A DNA stretch of 64,000 bases from Bdellovibrionales bacterium (GTDB taxonomy: Bacteria > Bdellovibrionota > Bdellovibrionia > Bdellovibrionales > UBA1609), in NCBI GenBank assembly GCA_965200875.1, contig OZ241456.1:480001-544000 (forward strand). The letters run 5' to 3'. Both the position numbers and the translations under genes were made by a program. Shown in pieces: positions 9,425 to 19,740 of this stretch. The notes under the pieces were generated by a model. The model ran no database searches. It worked only from the letters and a program-made list of their open reading frames with translations, and was not told the DNA's origin. Every line of letters starts with the position of its first letter. The first letter of the stretch is position 1.

Positions 9425-11812
9425 TTAGGATTTGTAAAAACCTTTTTCGGCTTTTTTTAAGAGAGCGGAACTTGGGCGAAATCTTTTTCCGTGTTTTTCC
9501 GAAAAATTATTTAACTTGGCAATTACACTTTTTAAACTAATTTCATCTGCGTATCTCAGAAGGCCCCCTCGAAAAGCGGGGAAACCAATGCCCAGAATTA
9601 AAGACAAATCCAACTCGGCAGGTGTATTTACCACTTGATCTTCCAATACCAATGCAGATTCGTTTATCATGCGGTAAAGTCCTCTTTCTATGTATTCTGT
9701 TTCCGGTATTTTTCTGGAAGAGGGCTTTAACTTCAGATCTTGATAAATCAGGCTGTTAACGGCTTCCACTTTTGACTTATTATTATAAACATAAAATCCA
9801 TTTCTGTTTTTCTTTCCTAAAAAGATGGGTCTTATTTCAGAGATCTGTTTTGGAAAATCCAAATCCCGTCCCCTAGCTTGAAAAGATTTTATCAGTTTCA
9901 AACATATATCCAAACCTAATTCATCCATGAGCTGGAAAGGCCCTATGGAGAAGCCGTAATCGCTATACGTTTGGTCAATTTGCTGAATGCCTGCTCCTTC
10001 GTATAACAGCCATAAAGCTTCTGACATCAAAGGCAGAAAAAGTCGGTGAACTAAAAACCCTGGTTTGTCTTTTACAATGAAAGGTGTTTTTCCATTTTGT
10101 GCAAGCCAACGAACTGCGGTGGAAATGGTGGCAGAGTTGGTTTTCTCTCCTTTCACTATTTCCACTAAAGATGTTTGATACACAGGGTAGAAAAAATGTA
10201 GCCCAAAAAATCTTTTGGGATCAGGGTGCACTTTAGCCAATTCAGTAATACTGAAGGAAGAAGTATTGGTGGCGAAAAGACATTTATCGGAAAGCTTATT
10301 GGCTGTTTCGGCAATCACTTTCTTTTTAATATCCAAATTTTCCACTACTGTTTCAATAACCAGATCCACGCTTTGAAAGCCAGAATAATCCATCTGTGGC
10401 CGGATTTTATGAGATTGTATTTTTATTCCCATGCCAGAATTGTTGAGGGCATTATGATTTTCATTTGTTTGTCTTTTTGTAAAAGAAAGTGGTGTTTGGT
10501 TTGCTTCCAGCTGATTCAGTTTAAAGGTGGGGTTATGTCCAACATTTACAGTGTAATTGTTCATAATAAAGTCATTTTTTTTGTAAGTTGATTTTTTTCC
10601 AAAAATATTTTTGAACAGGAGGCTCAACCCATTTGTTCGTGTTTGTCTGTTCCATATAAAGTGTATGGCTTTTAAAGCAGAAGATAAAGAAGGAGCATGA
10701 ATGTCTTTTAGCAACACAGGGACATGGTGATTGGCTAACCAGTGAGTGATACCCTCTCCCATAACACCCGCGCCCATTACCGCTACTTTGTTAATGTTTG
10801 CAGGTAAAGATGTTTTTTCTGTAGCAGAGGAGGTTTTGCCTTTGTTGAGTAAATTAACATTATTGACAGCAGAAGGCGTATGTGCAAAGTCCCGGTGGCT
10901 TTCTTTTTTTTGGAAAATGGTATGATATACATAGTTCAGGTGTTTTGTCACAGGAGAGACAGTGAGATCACAAAAAGCATTGCTTTCCTCTTTGAGAGCT
11001 GTTTTTAAAAATTTTACAGGGTGGTTTTTTTTTATGACTTCTAGGGCTTTTAAGGGAGCGGGATAAAAACCTTTTGTATTTGCCATAATCTTTTTTTTTG
11101 TTTTGTGGTAGAGAATTTGCTGGCATATAGGGATCTCAAAACATTTATCTATAAAACGAAGTGGCTTGTATTTTTGTGATGGTTTTGGAGGAATATGTCC
11201 TTTGATAATTTTTTCCGCCAGAGCGCGTGCATGTTTTTCCACATCCAAAGGATGAACCACCTCATGCACCAATCGAATACGATGAGCTTCACGGGAGGAA
11301 ATATTTTGGCTGGTCAGGATCATTTCCAAAGCTTTTTTGACTCCTATCAAGCGCGTCAGCCGGATACAGCCTCCAAAACCAGGGATTAAACCAAACTTCA
11401 CTTCTGGAAAACCAAATACAACATTATCATTAAAATTAGTGACACGATAATCGCAAGCGAGTGCTAGCTCAAGATGGTTTCCTAGGCAAGCTCCATGAAT
11501 CACTGAAATCCAGGACACATTTGCAGTTTCCATAAGATTGAGTAATTCATGTGTTTCATCTAAAAGTCTTTCCCATTTTTCTCTTCCATGGATTTTTCCT
11601 GTTTCTTTTATAAAAGCAGATTCAAAACAGTCCACTGGACTTTGAGTGTTTTTATGCACAAGTAAAGCTGTATGAACAGAAGGATTTTTAATAATTTTTT
11701 CTATGTAAGTTCTGAATTGATTTCGTAATTCTTCAGAAAAAAATAGAAAGTTTGTTTGTTCTCCTTCCAACACTGCTAGGTTTTTTTCCATTTTTAATTT
11801 CATATTTTCCAC
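9425..11812 (-). CDS. fadJ: FadJ/FadB-like fatty acid oxidation complex alpha subunit (enoyl-CoA hydratase + 3-hydroxyacyl-CoA dehydrogenase), divergent
   Basis: ELALACDYR, PEVKFGLIPGFGG, GAGVMG, ATNTSS, GLHFF and GFPAFRGG motifs. Confidence 0.85.
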   Translation of the reverse strand: MENMKLKMEKNLAVLEGEQTNFLFFSEELRNQFRTYIEKIIKNPSVHTALLVHKNTQSPVDCFESAFIKETGKIHGREKWERLLDETHELLNLMETANVSWISVIHGACLGNHLELALACDYRVTNFNDNVVFGFPEVKFGLIPGFGGCIRLTRLIGVKKALEMILTSQNISSREAHRIRLVHEVVHPLDVEKHARALAEKIIKGHIPPKPSQKYKPLRFIDKCFEIPICQQILYHKTKKKIMANTKGFYPAPLKALEVIKKNHPVKFLKTALKEESNAFCDLTVSPVTKHLNYVYHTIFQKKESHRDFAHTPSAVNNVNLLNKGKTSSATEKTSLPANINKVAVMGAGVMGEGITHWLANHHVPVLLKDIHAPSLSSALKAIHFIWNRQTRTNGLSLLFKNIFGKKSTYKKNDFIMNNYTVNVGHNPTFKLNQLEANQTPLSFTKRQTNENHNALNNSGMGIKIQSHKIRPQMDYSGFQSVDLVIETVVENLDIKKKVIAETANKLSDKCLFATNTSSFSITELAKVHPDPKRFFGLHFFYPVYQTSLVEIVKGEKTNSATISTAVRWLAQNGKTPFIVKDKPGFLVHRLFLPLMSEALWLLYEGAGIQQIDQTYSDYGFSIGPFQLMDELGLDICLKLIKSFQARGRDLDFPKQISEIRPIFLGKKNRNGFYVYNNKSKVEAVNSLIYQDLKLKPSSRKIPETEYIERGLYRMINESALVLEDQVVNTPAELDLSLILGIGFPAFRGGLLRYADEISLKSVIAKLNNFSEKHGKRFRPSSALLKKAEKGFYKS

Positions 11813-11844
11813 CTTTACTAAGTGGGCTTGGAATATTTGAGAAT

Positions 11845-13206
11845 TTAAAATTCATTTCTCAAAAGAATGACATTGCCAAATCCATTTTGCATGCCTTCCA
11901 CAACCAGCCCCCATTCCCCGTTTTGCCGTCGCAGTTCTTTGGCCAGGTTCAAAACCATGCGGGCAGAACCAGCACTTAAAGCATTTCCCAAGGCTAAAGC
12001 ACCACCATTCACATTGTATTTTTTTGCGATTTCTGCTCTTAAGTTGTTTGTTGTTTCCAATGTATTCATTGTTCCTGTATCACTTTCTGCTGATGTTTTT
12101 TCTTTGACTTCGATTGATGATTCAGAATGTTTTCCAGCAAAGAAGGTGGAATCAAATGCCTTGAGAAAAGCCAGTGCTTTTGCAGAATAAGTTTCATCAA
12201 TTTCCAGTAAATCAATATCTTGTATATTTAAATTTGCATGTTTTAACAGTTTTTCCACAGCGTGCACCAAGGAAACACAGAAACAGCTGGATGTTTTGCC
12301 GATACGGGAAAAAGAATGGATGGTCACTAAAGGAGTGTGCCCCAAAGATTTGGATTTTTCTTTGTTCATTATAAGAAACAATACGGCACCATCTGCTGGA
12401 AAACTGCTGTTACCTGAAGTAACAGTGCCATAGTCAGAATCAAAACAGGGTTTCTTTTCAGAAAGATAGCGCAGGGAAATTTCGTGTTCCAGTTCTGTAT
12501 CTTGTTCCACTAATTCAAAGTCAGTAGGAGGAAAAACTGGCAGAACTTCCTCTTTCCATTTGCCTTTTTTTTGCGCCTTGCGTGCTTTTTGAGAGCTGAT
12601 CAAGGTAAACTTATCTTGTTCTTCCCGGGAAATATGAAAGTCTTTGGATAGTTTCTCCATCATTTGCCCTTGGCTCATTCCAGAGATGGGATCTCTAAAA
12701 AGTGCTTTATCAGTGAATTGAAGGATTATATCAGAAAACTTAAAAAAGAGAATTTGTTTTGCTTTTTCTTTCCATGTTTTGGATTGCCCGATTTTTTTTA
12801 TTATTTTTGTTAAATGTGCCCCTGGTAAGATGGGTAGGTTGGATATACTTTCCACTCCTCCTACGATCAGCGTATTCACTGTGCCAAATTGAATTTTAAT
12901 TGCTGAAGAGATTAAAGGCTCTATGGCACTCATTGTTCGTATTGTTGTTGCGGGAACAGAACAGGGAAGACCAGCCCCTGAGGCGATGATATGAGCGATA
13001 TTGGAAATATTTGGGGAGCTTGTGATGTTGCTTAAGATGATTTCTTCTATTTCTTTATTGGCTGTTTGTGTTCTCTCCAGCAATTCCTTCAACAGGTAAA
13101 CCCCTAATTCCTCCGCTGGCATGTTTCTGAAATGTTGGCCGGATCTCACAAAAGGTGTGCGAAAACCTTCAACAATTACAGCTTCGTTATTTTTATATGT
13201 ACTCAT
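11845..13206 (-). CDS. Thiolase-fold protein (FadI-like) with catalytic residues replaced
   Basis: RTPF, GGVESIS, SREEQD, VTSGNSS..DGA and NVNGGALALG motifs; canonical Cys/His/Cys absent. Confidence 0.85.
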   Translation of the reverse strand: MSTYKNNEAVIVEGFRTPFVRSGQHFRNMPAEELGVYLLKELLERTQTANKEIEEIILSNITSSPNISNIAHIIASGAGLPCSVPATTIRTMSAIEPLISSAIKIQFGTVNTLIVGGVESISNLPILPGAHLTKIIKKIGQSKTWKEKAKQILFFKFSDIILQFTDKALFRDPISGMSQGQMMEKLSKDFHISREEQDKFTLISSQKARKAQKKGKWKEEVLPVFPPTDFELVEQDTELEHEISLRYLSEKKPCFDSDYGTVTSGNSSFPADGAVLFLIMNKEKSKSLGHTPLVTIHSFSRIGKTSSCFCVSLVHAVEKLLKHANLNIQDIDLLEIDETYSAKALAFLKAFDSTFFAGKHSESSIEVKEKTSAESDTGTMNTLETTNNLRAEIAKKYNVNGGALALGNALSAGSARMVLNLAKELRRQNGEWGLVVEGMQNGFGNVILLRNEF

Positions 13207-13568
13207 GTTTTATATTTCAGAAGATATTGGATGATCAATTTTTCTTGGCTTTGGTTACCCTGTGGAAAATGTACTTCATGTTGGACTTGATGTCGATGAT
13301 AAAGTCTTTCGTGGTGCAGAATTTCCTGTAATTGCTAATCTCATAATACTTGTATGCTGAAAACCGCAAAATTGGAGTCAGCGGACCGGTTTGTTTTATC
13401 CCGGACGATTGCAATATAAGAGCACTACAATCTGGGATTTAGACCGACTGTGTTAACAATTTTATCCCGGACAATGATTTAGTCGAAAATAGCCTAAAAA
13501 GGTATTTTTCATCTTTAAAAACAAGATTTTTGTTGATTTTATTACAAAAATAGACGAATATTGTTAAT

Positions 13569-14891
13569 ATGATTTATAAAAATCGGATCATTAAGATCCC
13601 TAAAAATAAAAGTCTCTTTTTATTTGGAGTCAGGGGAAGTGGTAAAACAAAGCTTTTAAAGAGGCTTTTCCCCTCAGCTTTGTATATAGATCTCCTAGAT
13701 CGTTTTCTCTATCAAAGTTATCTCTCTGATATCAGTCTGTTTTATAAAACAGTTCAGGCTTTCAGAAATGATGGCTTGGTGATTGTGGATGAAATTCAAA
13801 AAATGCCTCAGCTGTTGGATGAAGTGCACCGCTTAATTGAATCTTCCAACCGGCAATTTATCCTTACAGGTTCCAGTACCCGTAAAATAAAAAAGACCAA
13901 AGGGATAAACCTTTTAGGAGGCCGGGCAGGAAAAATGCTTCTTCATCCTTTTGTTCCTGAGGAGTTGGGAGAGGATTTTAACTTACATCAAGCTTTGCGA
14001 TACGGCCTTCTTCCTATCGTGTGGTCATCACCTGATAGAAGCGACAAATTAAAAGATTATACGGCAACCTATCTTACAGAGGAGATTAAAGCAGAAGCTT
14101 TAGCGAGAGACTTGCCTGCTTTCGCTCGGTTTTTAAAAGTAGCTGATTTATATCACGGGCAGGCGGTTAATATGAGTACCATTGCACGGGAATCTCAAAT
14201 TTCCAGACACTTTGTTCGGGAGTTCTTTTCCATTTTAGAAGACACCATGTTGGGATTTTTTCTGCCGGCTTATTACCCAAAGCTTCGATTGAGAGAACAA
14301 AAAAGTCCTAAGTTTTATTTAATTGATCCTGGCCTTGCGCGTGCTCTGAAGAACAATTTTGGTCCGGTTTCTGTTGAGGAAAAAGGTTTTCTTTTTGAAG
14401 GGTTAATCGCGCAAATTTTAAGAACTTACGGGGATTATCATAACCTTTACGAAGAGATTTACTATTGGTCTTCGTTGGAAGCTAAAAAAACAGAAGTGGA
14501 TTTTTTGTTAAAGAGAGGAGAGGAACTAATAGCCATTGAGGTTAAAGCCAAGGAGCAGGTGTCTAAAAAGGACTACAAGGGTTTACAGGCCATTAAGGAA
14601 TTGCCGGATGTGAAAAAAAGAATCTTGGTTTACTTAGGGAACACCATACTTAAAACCAAAGATGGTATTGATATATGGCCTTTTGATTTTTTTTGCCAAA
14701 ACTTAAAAGAAAATTTTAAAGTCTCGCCCACTTATAAAAAACAAAAAGTAGATCGCACCTTGCAAATTACACCAGAAAACATTTTTTTGGAACAACCTCT
14801 GAAATCACCCACTGAAGATATATCCAAAAAAGAAGGGCACTTGGAACAGCACAGTAGACTTGGTTTGATAAAAAACAAACCAGAGGAGTAA
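13569..14891 (+). CDS. AAA_14 ATPase with DUF4143 / C-terminal PD-(D/E)XK-like domain
   Basis: Walker A GVRGSGKT, Walker B IVDEIQ, LTGSS, KFYLIDPG, EVDFLL..IAIEVK. Confidence 0.88.
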   Translation: MIYKNRIIKIPKNKSLFLFGVRGSGKTKLLKRLFPSALYIDLLDRFLYQSYLSDISLFYKTVQAFRNDGLVIVDEIQKMPQLLDEVHRLIESSNRQFILTGSSTRKIKKTKGINLLGGRAGKMLLHPFVPEELGEDFNLHQALRYGLLPIVWSSPDRSDKLKDYTATYLTEEIKAEALARDLPAFARFLKVADLYHGQAVNMSTIARESQISRHFVREFFSILEDTMLGFFLPAYYPKLRLREQKSPKFYLIDPGLARALKNNFGPVSVEEKGFLFEGLIAQILRTYGDYHNLYEEIYYWSSLEAKKTEVDFLLKRGEELIAIEVKAKEQVSKKDYKGLQAIKELPDVKKRILVYLGNTILKTKDGIDIWPFDFFCQNLKENFKVSPTYKKQKVDRTLQITPENIFLEQPLKSPTEDISKKEGHLEQHSRLGLIKNKPEE

Positions 14892-14916
14892 TTACTCGCC
14901 CGTAAAAAAATATATG
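14889..14916 (+). repeat. Degenerate dispersed element end (TAATTACTCGCCCGTAAAAAA)
   Basis: Begins at the ATPase stop; resembles the 4918-4940 copy. Confidence 0.5.
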
Positions 14917-14978
14917 ATAAGGGAAAGCTTGATGTTTTGTGAAAGCAATTTTTTTAAGATAAAAAGAGGATACAATCA

Positions 14979-15287
14979 ATGTCTTTAGCACTTTCTGATT
15001 TTCAAATTCCACCTCCTGAAAATGAAGAGAAATTTGAAAATTTATGTTTGGATCTATATAAAGCAAAATTTGGAGATAAAACACAAAAAAACGGAAGGCG
15101 TGGACAGTCTCAAAATGGTGTGGATATTATTTTCAGTCAATATGAAGAATCGGAGGGCAGTATAGTCACTATAGGTATACAGTGCAAAAAAAGAGAGCAT
15201 CTTAAAAGAAAAATCACAGAACAGGAATTACGGGAAGAAGTGGAAAAAGCCTTAGTGTTTCAATTATCATACCCTTTTTTCATGTAA
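14979..15287 (+). pseudogene. Truncated Mrr/Cap4-like restriction endonuclease N-terminal domain
   Basis: FENLCLDL...GRRGQSQNGVDI...GIQCK motif; similarity appears to stop after EVEKA. Confidence 0.7.
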
Positions 15288-15325
15288 CTTCCCCTTGGAA
15301 ACTAAAAACCAAGTTGTTGGCTTTT

Positions 15326-15388
15326 AGTCCCTTGCAGGCGGGAATCCAGTCAAAATAACATACTTTTTCATAGCCGACTATTTAATTA
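15326..15388 (-). repeat. Dispersed element copy
   Basis: 15326-15370 is 44/45 identical (inverted) to 165-209. Confidence 0.85.
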
Positions 15389-15432
15389 AGGTGCTTGACA
15401 AAATTTTGTTTGTGCTCATAGTGTGTTGTATT

Positions 15433-18400
15433 ATGCAACAATATAAACAATATATCCCAGATGGTCCTGATATACCAGAAGAAATTGAACATGCACGCCG
15501 AAACAATGAACTGGTGTTGTTTTGTGGTGCAGGAATCTCCGCACAAAATGGCTTACCTTTGTTTAAAGACTTGGTGGAACAGGTTTGTCAAAAACTCAGT
15601 ATAGATATAGAGAAAAACCCTATTTTAAAAACAGCATGGGACAGCAAACAATATGACAGTGTTTTGGATCTGGTGGAAGGAAATGAACCATTTTCTGTTT
15701 CAAGAGAAATTTTAAGAAAAGAAGTAATAAAGATTTTAAAGAGACGAGAGGAAGATACAGAAACAGATACAAAAATAAGTACAGGTACAGAAATAGGTGC
15801 AAAAACAGGTGAAAGTACAGAAACAGGGACAAATAAAAGTAACAAAAGAAATACCCGGAATAATCAAGTTGGCAATGGTGCTCATAAGGCACTCTTGGAT
15901 TTATCTGCTTTACCAGATAATAAAGGGTATAGGTTAGTTACCACAAATTTTGACAAACTGTTTTTTAAAGCAGATCTTGATCCTGCTTTATCAGATTCTG
16001 CTCCAAAGCTTGCTCCTCCCAGAAAAGAAACATGGAAAAATCTGACATTTTTACATGGTGTTATCGATGAAAAACACGACCCTGAAGGAAGTAATCTCAT
16101 TCTTACCAGAAAAGATTTTGGTCTGGCTTATTTACATGATAATTGGGCGGCTCGATTTGTGATACAACTTTTTCAGGATTTTACAGTGTTGTTTATCGGA
16201 TATGGAGTCAATGACCCTGTGATGAACTATCTGGTTTCGGCAATCAGCTACGAAAACCAAAGAAGAAAGCAAAATGACAACAAAACAAATAGTGTTCCCG
16301 AAAGCTCCAATAAAAACAACAATGAAAATAAAATCAAACCTTCAATATACGCTTTCGCTGGATATGGTAAAGATGGTGAAAAAGAGGTAAAAAAAGAACA
16401 AGCAGAAAGCGAATGGAAATCCATAGGAGTTGAACCAATACCATATAAGATCAAAAACAATAATGATCACTCCATTTTATATGATACCATTAAAAAATGG
16501 GCCGAGTGGAAAAAAACAGGTTTGGCTGGTAGAAAAAACTGGCTGGAAGAACAATTAAAATCCCCATACAAGGAATCTGATAAACTGGAAGCACGAAATA
16601 TTATTTCTTTTCTAAAAACAGATAAAAAACTTGCAGAATATTTACCACGGATAAATTTTGAGCTTAAAGAGATACAAGAAAATACTCCAAGAGAAAACAA
16701 ACCACCAGAAAATGTAAAAGGCAAGGTGATAACAGATACAAACCTTGATCCAACACAGAAAAATCAACATAATCCAGTGGATATAAGATGGTTAAAGCCC
16801 TTTAGGGAAAATGGACTGCTGGATAAGCTTACAAATAAAACCGCAACACCAGTCACCCCAGTACTTCAAATGCCTTTGTGGGAAAATTTATCACTCACAG
16901 AATACCATATAACAAACTGGCTTTTACATCATTTGGATAAAAAAGAACTAATCCATTGGGTTATAGACCGAGGTTGCCTTTTACACCCTTTGTTTAAATA
17001 TATGATTCGCAAGGAAATGTATTATAGAGAAAGAACAAAAGCTCTCTACTCACCTTTGGATAAACGAATATGGCTTTTTTGGGAAATTATTACAAATAAT
17101 AACTATTTAACTTATCAGCCTGTCTGGGAATACGATATTGATTATGATATTATAGAAAATTTAAATAATAAAAAATATTGTTCAATCAAGGCTCAAAAAC
17201 TGCTTGAAGCATTAAAACCTTATATTTATTTTCAGCGTGGTGTCTCAGGTTCATTTTTGAAAGAAAATCCTGAGTTTAAGGATACCACCTATGATGTCGA
17301 GTTAAAAATAAACGCAAGCCATTACCCTAATGTGGAGCTAACAGATAAAAAAACATTATTGTTACATGCGGAGGATTTTTCCAATCTGCTGAAACAGGCA
17401 ATGGAGCTTGCAAAGACTTTTGAAATTATTAAAAACGGAGAGGATTCTTTTTATATCACAAGACCTTCCATAGATATACAAAATAACAGATACAATCCCT
17501 GGACTTATCTGATTGATTTAGTGAAAGAAAGTTTTGATCTCGCTATGCAAAAAGATAAACCCCTAGCCAAGTTTTTATTAAATAAGTGGCGGTTTTATCC
17601 TTATTCTGTATTTTACCGCCTTATCCTTTATGCGATTACAAAACACCCAGAATTAGAGGAAAACATAGCCCTTGATTTGTTGGAAAGCAATCCAGCCCAT
17701 ACTTTATGGTCCAGAACTTCTCAAAATGAAGTTTTTAAATATCTGAGGCATAGAAAGCACTCAGTGAAAGCTTTTGAACAATTAGTTGCTTTAATTATGG
17801 AAGGCCCTCCTCGGAGTTTATTTAAAGAAAATATTGATGAAAATATTTTTATTGAATGGAAAGAAAGAGATACTTTTCACAGATTGGATTGTCTAAAAGA
17901 AAATAAAAATTTATTTCCTGAAGAGATAAATACATATTACAATAAAATTCAGAAAAAATATTCTTTAAAATCTTCAAAAAATAATCAACATGATTTGTCT
18001 TATTTTCAAACAAGTGCTGTATTTGTTAGTGGTCAAAAACGCTATCACAATTTAATTCCTCAACAGATATTTGATGATCTTAAAAACCCTAAATCCACAC
18101 ACTGGCCGGGGGAAAAAGAACGGGAGTTTTGTTCACTGGCAAAAGACAAGCCAGACAAAGCTTTTGAAGTGTTATTAAAGTTTCCTGCTCAGGATATGGA
18201 AAGCGCGATCTATTGGGGTGCGTTCTTAAGTGGAATTGCTGAATTAAGCAACATGCAAAAAATAAGTGACATACAAAAAAGTATTCAATATTTTGAAAAA
18301 GCTCTTGAAAAAATAGAAAATCAAAATGATGAGTTGATAAAAAAATACTTAGGGTCTTTAATATACGCATGGGATCTTAAAGCCGGACCAATATATATCA

Positions 18401-19488
18401 AAAATAAAAAATATTTTGAAAAATGGTGGAGCAGATTATGGAATTTAAGCATTCAGGACACAACAGATTTTGAATCAGACGATTCCAACTTCTCAATGAA
18501 CGCACTTAATTCAAAAATGGGTAAATTATCAGAGTCAATTTTTCATGCTTTATGGAGCAAGTTTGATAAAACAATACCCAGAAATGACAAAATACCGGAA
18601 GAGATAAAAAATTATTTTAATACTATCATCAAAACTGGAGCAACAAAAAATCCTTCAGTTATGTTTCATTTTGGTTCTGATTTATATAAACTTTGGTTTT
18701 TGGACAGAGATTGGACAAAAGCAACCCTAAAACCTTTAATGGATTGGAAAAAAAATAAAAACATATCCAGAGCTTTATGGGAGGGGTATACATATCATAT
18801 GAACTTAAGCCCTGATTTTCTAGCTGACTTTAAAGCTGAATTTTATAAGCTTTTCTTAAAACGCAAAAGTCTTTATAAAACAGGATCAGACCATTATGAA
18901 AATCAAAATCGATGTCTTGCTGTCGCTGACCTGTTTTTGATTGCAACTGGTGGAAAGTGGTATACAAATATTTTTACAACAGAAGAAACAAAACAGCTTA
19001 AACAAATATTGGATACAGATCTATTGAAATCTCTGGCTATAAAAATCCGGGAGCTTTTAAAAAAATCAGGAGATAAATCCTCCAGCTTATGGACTAAAGA
19101 AATCAAACCTTGGATAGAAAAATTTTGGCCTTATCAAAACAACATGAAAACCCAGGAAATAGCTGAAGACTTATCTTTTGTGATATTATATTGTGGAGAT
19201 AAACTCTCGGATTCGTTTGAACTCTTAAAAGACAAAATCGAAAAAGTAATCACAAAAAATCATTATTCTATAATACATCATATAGCAAAATCTATTAAAA
19301 ATAATGAAAAGCAGCTGGATAATTATCAAGAGCTTTTGAACTTTTTAAAATGGAATCTTCCAGAACTTGATACCATATATAGCTTCCACAGTGAAAAATT
19401 AAAAACAATATTGGACAAAATAAAAAGCAAATACCCTGAAATAGAAAACAATGAAGCATATACTACTTTGCTTGAAAAAATACCTTGA
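15433..19488 (+). CDS. SIR2-domain anti-phage protein, Dsr1/DUF4020-like
   Basis: GPDIP..VLFCGAGIS..GLP, LVTTNFD, FLHG, DFGLAYL..WAARF, FIGYGVNDP; long helical C-terminus; ATG 15433 preferred to GTG 15391. Confidence 0.85.
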   Translation: MQQYKQYIPDGPDIPEEIEHARRNNELVLFCGAGISAQNGLPLFKDLVEQVCQKLSIDIEKNPILKTAWDSKQYDSVLDLVEGNEPFSVSREILRKEVIKILKRREEDTETDTKISTGTEIGAKTGESTETGTNKSNKRNTRNNQVGNGAHKALLDLSALPDNKGYRLVTTNFDKLFFKADLDPALSDSAPKLAPPRKETWKNLTFLHGVIDEKHDPEGSNLILTRKDFGLAYLHDNWAARFVIQLFQDFTVLFIGYGVNDPVMNYLVSAISYENQRRKQNDNKTNSVPESSNKNNNENKIKPSIYAFAGYGKDGEKEVKKEQAESEWKSIGVEPIPYKIKNNNDHSILYDTIKKWAEWKKTGLAGRKNWLEEQLKSPYKESDKLEARNIISFLKTDKKLAEYLPRINFELKEIQENTPRENKPPENVKGKVITDTNLDPTQKNQHNPVDIRWLKPFRENGLLDKLTNKTATPVTPVLQMPLWENLSLTEYHITNWLLHHLDKKELIHWVIDRGCLLHPLFKYMIRKEMYYRERTKALYSPLDKRIWLFWEIITNNNYLTYQPVWEYDIDYDIIENLNNKKYCSIKAQKLLEALKPYIYFQRGVSGSFLKENPEFKDTTYDVELKINASHYPNVELTDKKTLLLHAEDFSNLLKQAMELAKTFEIIKNGEDSFYITRPSIDIQNNRYNPWTYLIDLVKESFDLAMQKDKPLAKFLLNKWRFYPYSVFYRLILYAITKHPELEENIALDLLESNPAHTLWSRTSQNEVFKYLRHRKHSVKAFEQLVALIMEGPPRSLFKENIDENIFIEWKERDTFHRLDCLKENKNLFPEEINTYYNKIQKKYSLKSSKNNQHDLSYFQTSAVFVSGQKRYHNLIPQQIFDDLKNPKSTHWPGEKEREFCSLAKDKPDKAFEVLLKFPAQDMESAIYWGAFLSGIAELSNMQKISDIQKSIQYFEKALEKIENQNDELIKKYLGSLIYAWDLKAGPIYIKNKKYFEKWWSRLWNLSIQDTTDFESDDSNFSMNALNSKMGKLSESIFHALWSKFDKTIPRNDKIPEEIKNYFNTIIKTGATKNPSVMFHFGSDLYKLWFLDRDWTKATLKPLMDWKKNKNISRALWEGYTYHMNLSPDFLADFKAEFYKLFLKRKSLYKTGSDHYENQNRCLAVADLFLIATGGKWYTNIFTTEETKQLKQILDTDLLKSLAIKIRELLKKSGDKSSSLWTKEIKPWIEKFWPYQNNMKTQEIAEDLSFVILYCGDKLSDSFELLKDKIEKVITKNHYSIIHHIAKSIKNNEKQLDNYQELLNFLKWNLPELDTIYSFHSEKLKTILDKIKSKYPEIENNEAYTTLLEKIP

Positions 19489-19534
19489 GATATGATGTTA
19501 ATATGCAAAAGTTTCCATTAATAAAATATTGTAA

Positions 19535-19683
19535 ATGCTTAGTCAGGTGTATTGGAAAGAAAATGTTGTATGGTCACCAAGTTACTTTATCAGTAGTGTT
19601 GGCGTGGATAAAGAAACAATTAAAAGGTATGTTGCATATCAAGTACAGAGCAGGATTCAGATCAACTTCGTATGAAGCTGTAG
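19535..19683 (+). mobile_element. IS200/IS605 tnpA C-terminal relic (frameshifted)
   Basis: Frame not in ORF track: LSQVYWKENVVWSPSYFISSVGVDKETIKRYVAYQ, with WS..YF and catalytic YxxxQ; tail EQDSDQLRMKL* in another frame. Confidence 0.8.
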
Positions 19684-19740
19684 CAGGATTATCTGAAGAA
19701 GAGATTAAAAATTTTAAAGAAGTAAACAGAATAAAAAAAA

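Noticed and set aside
13210..13480. Minus-strand open stretch (LRFSAYKYYEISNYRKF...) as a transposase remnant
   Set aside because: No motif I can assign; needs BLASTX.
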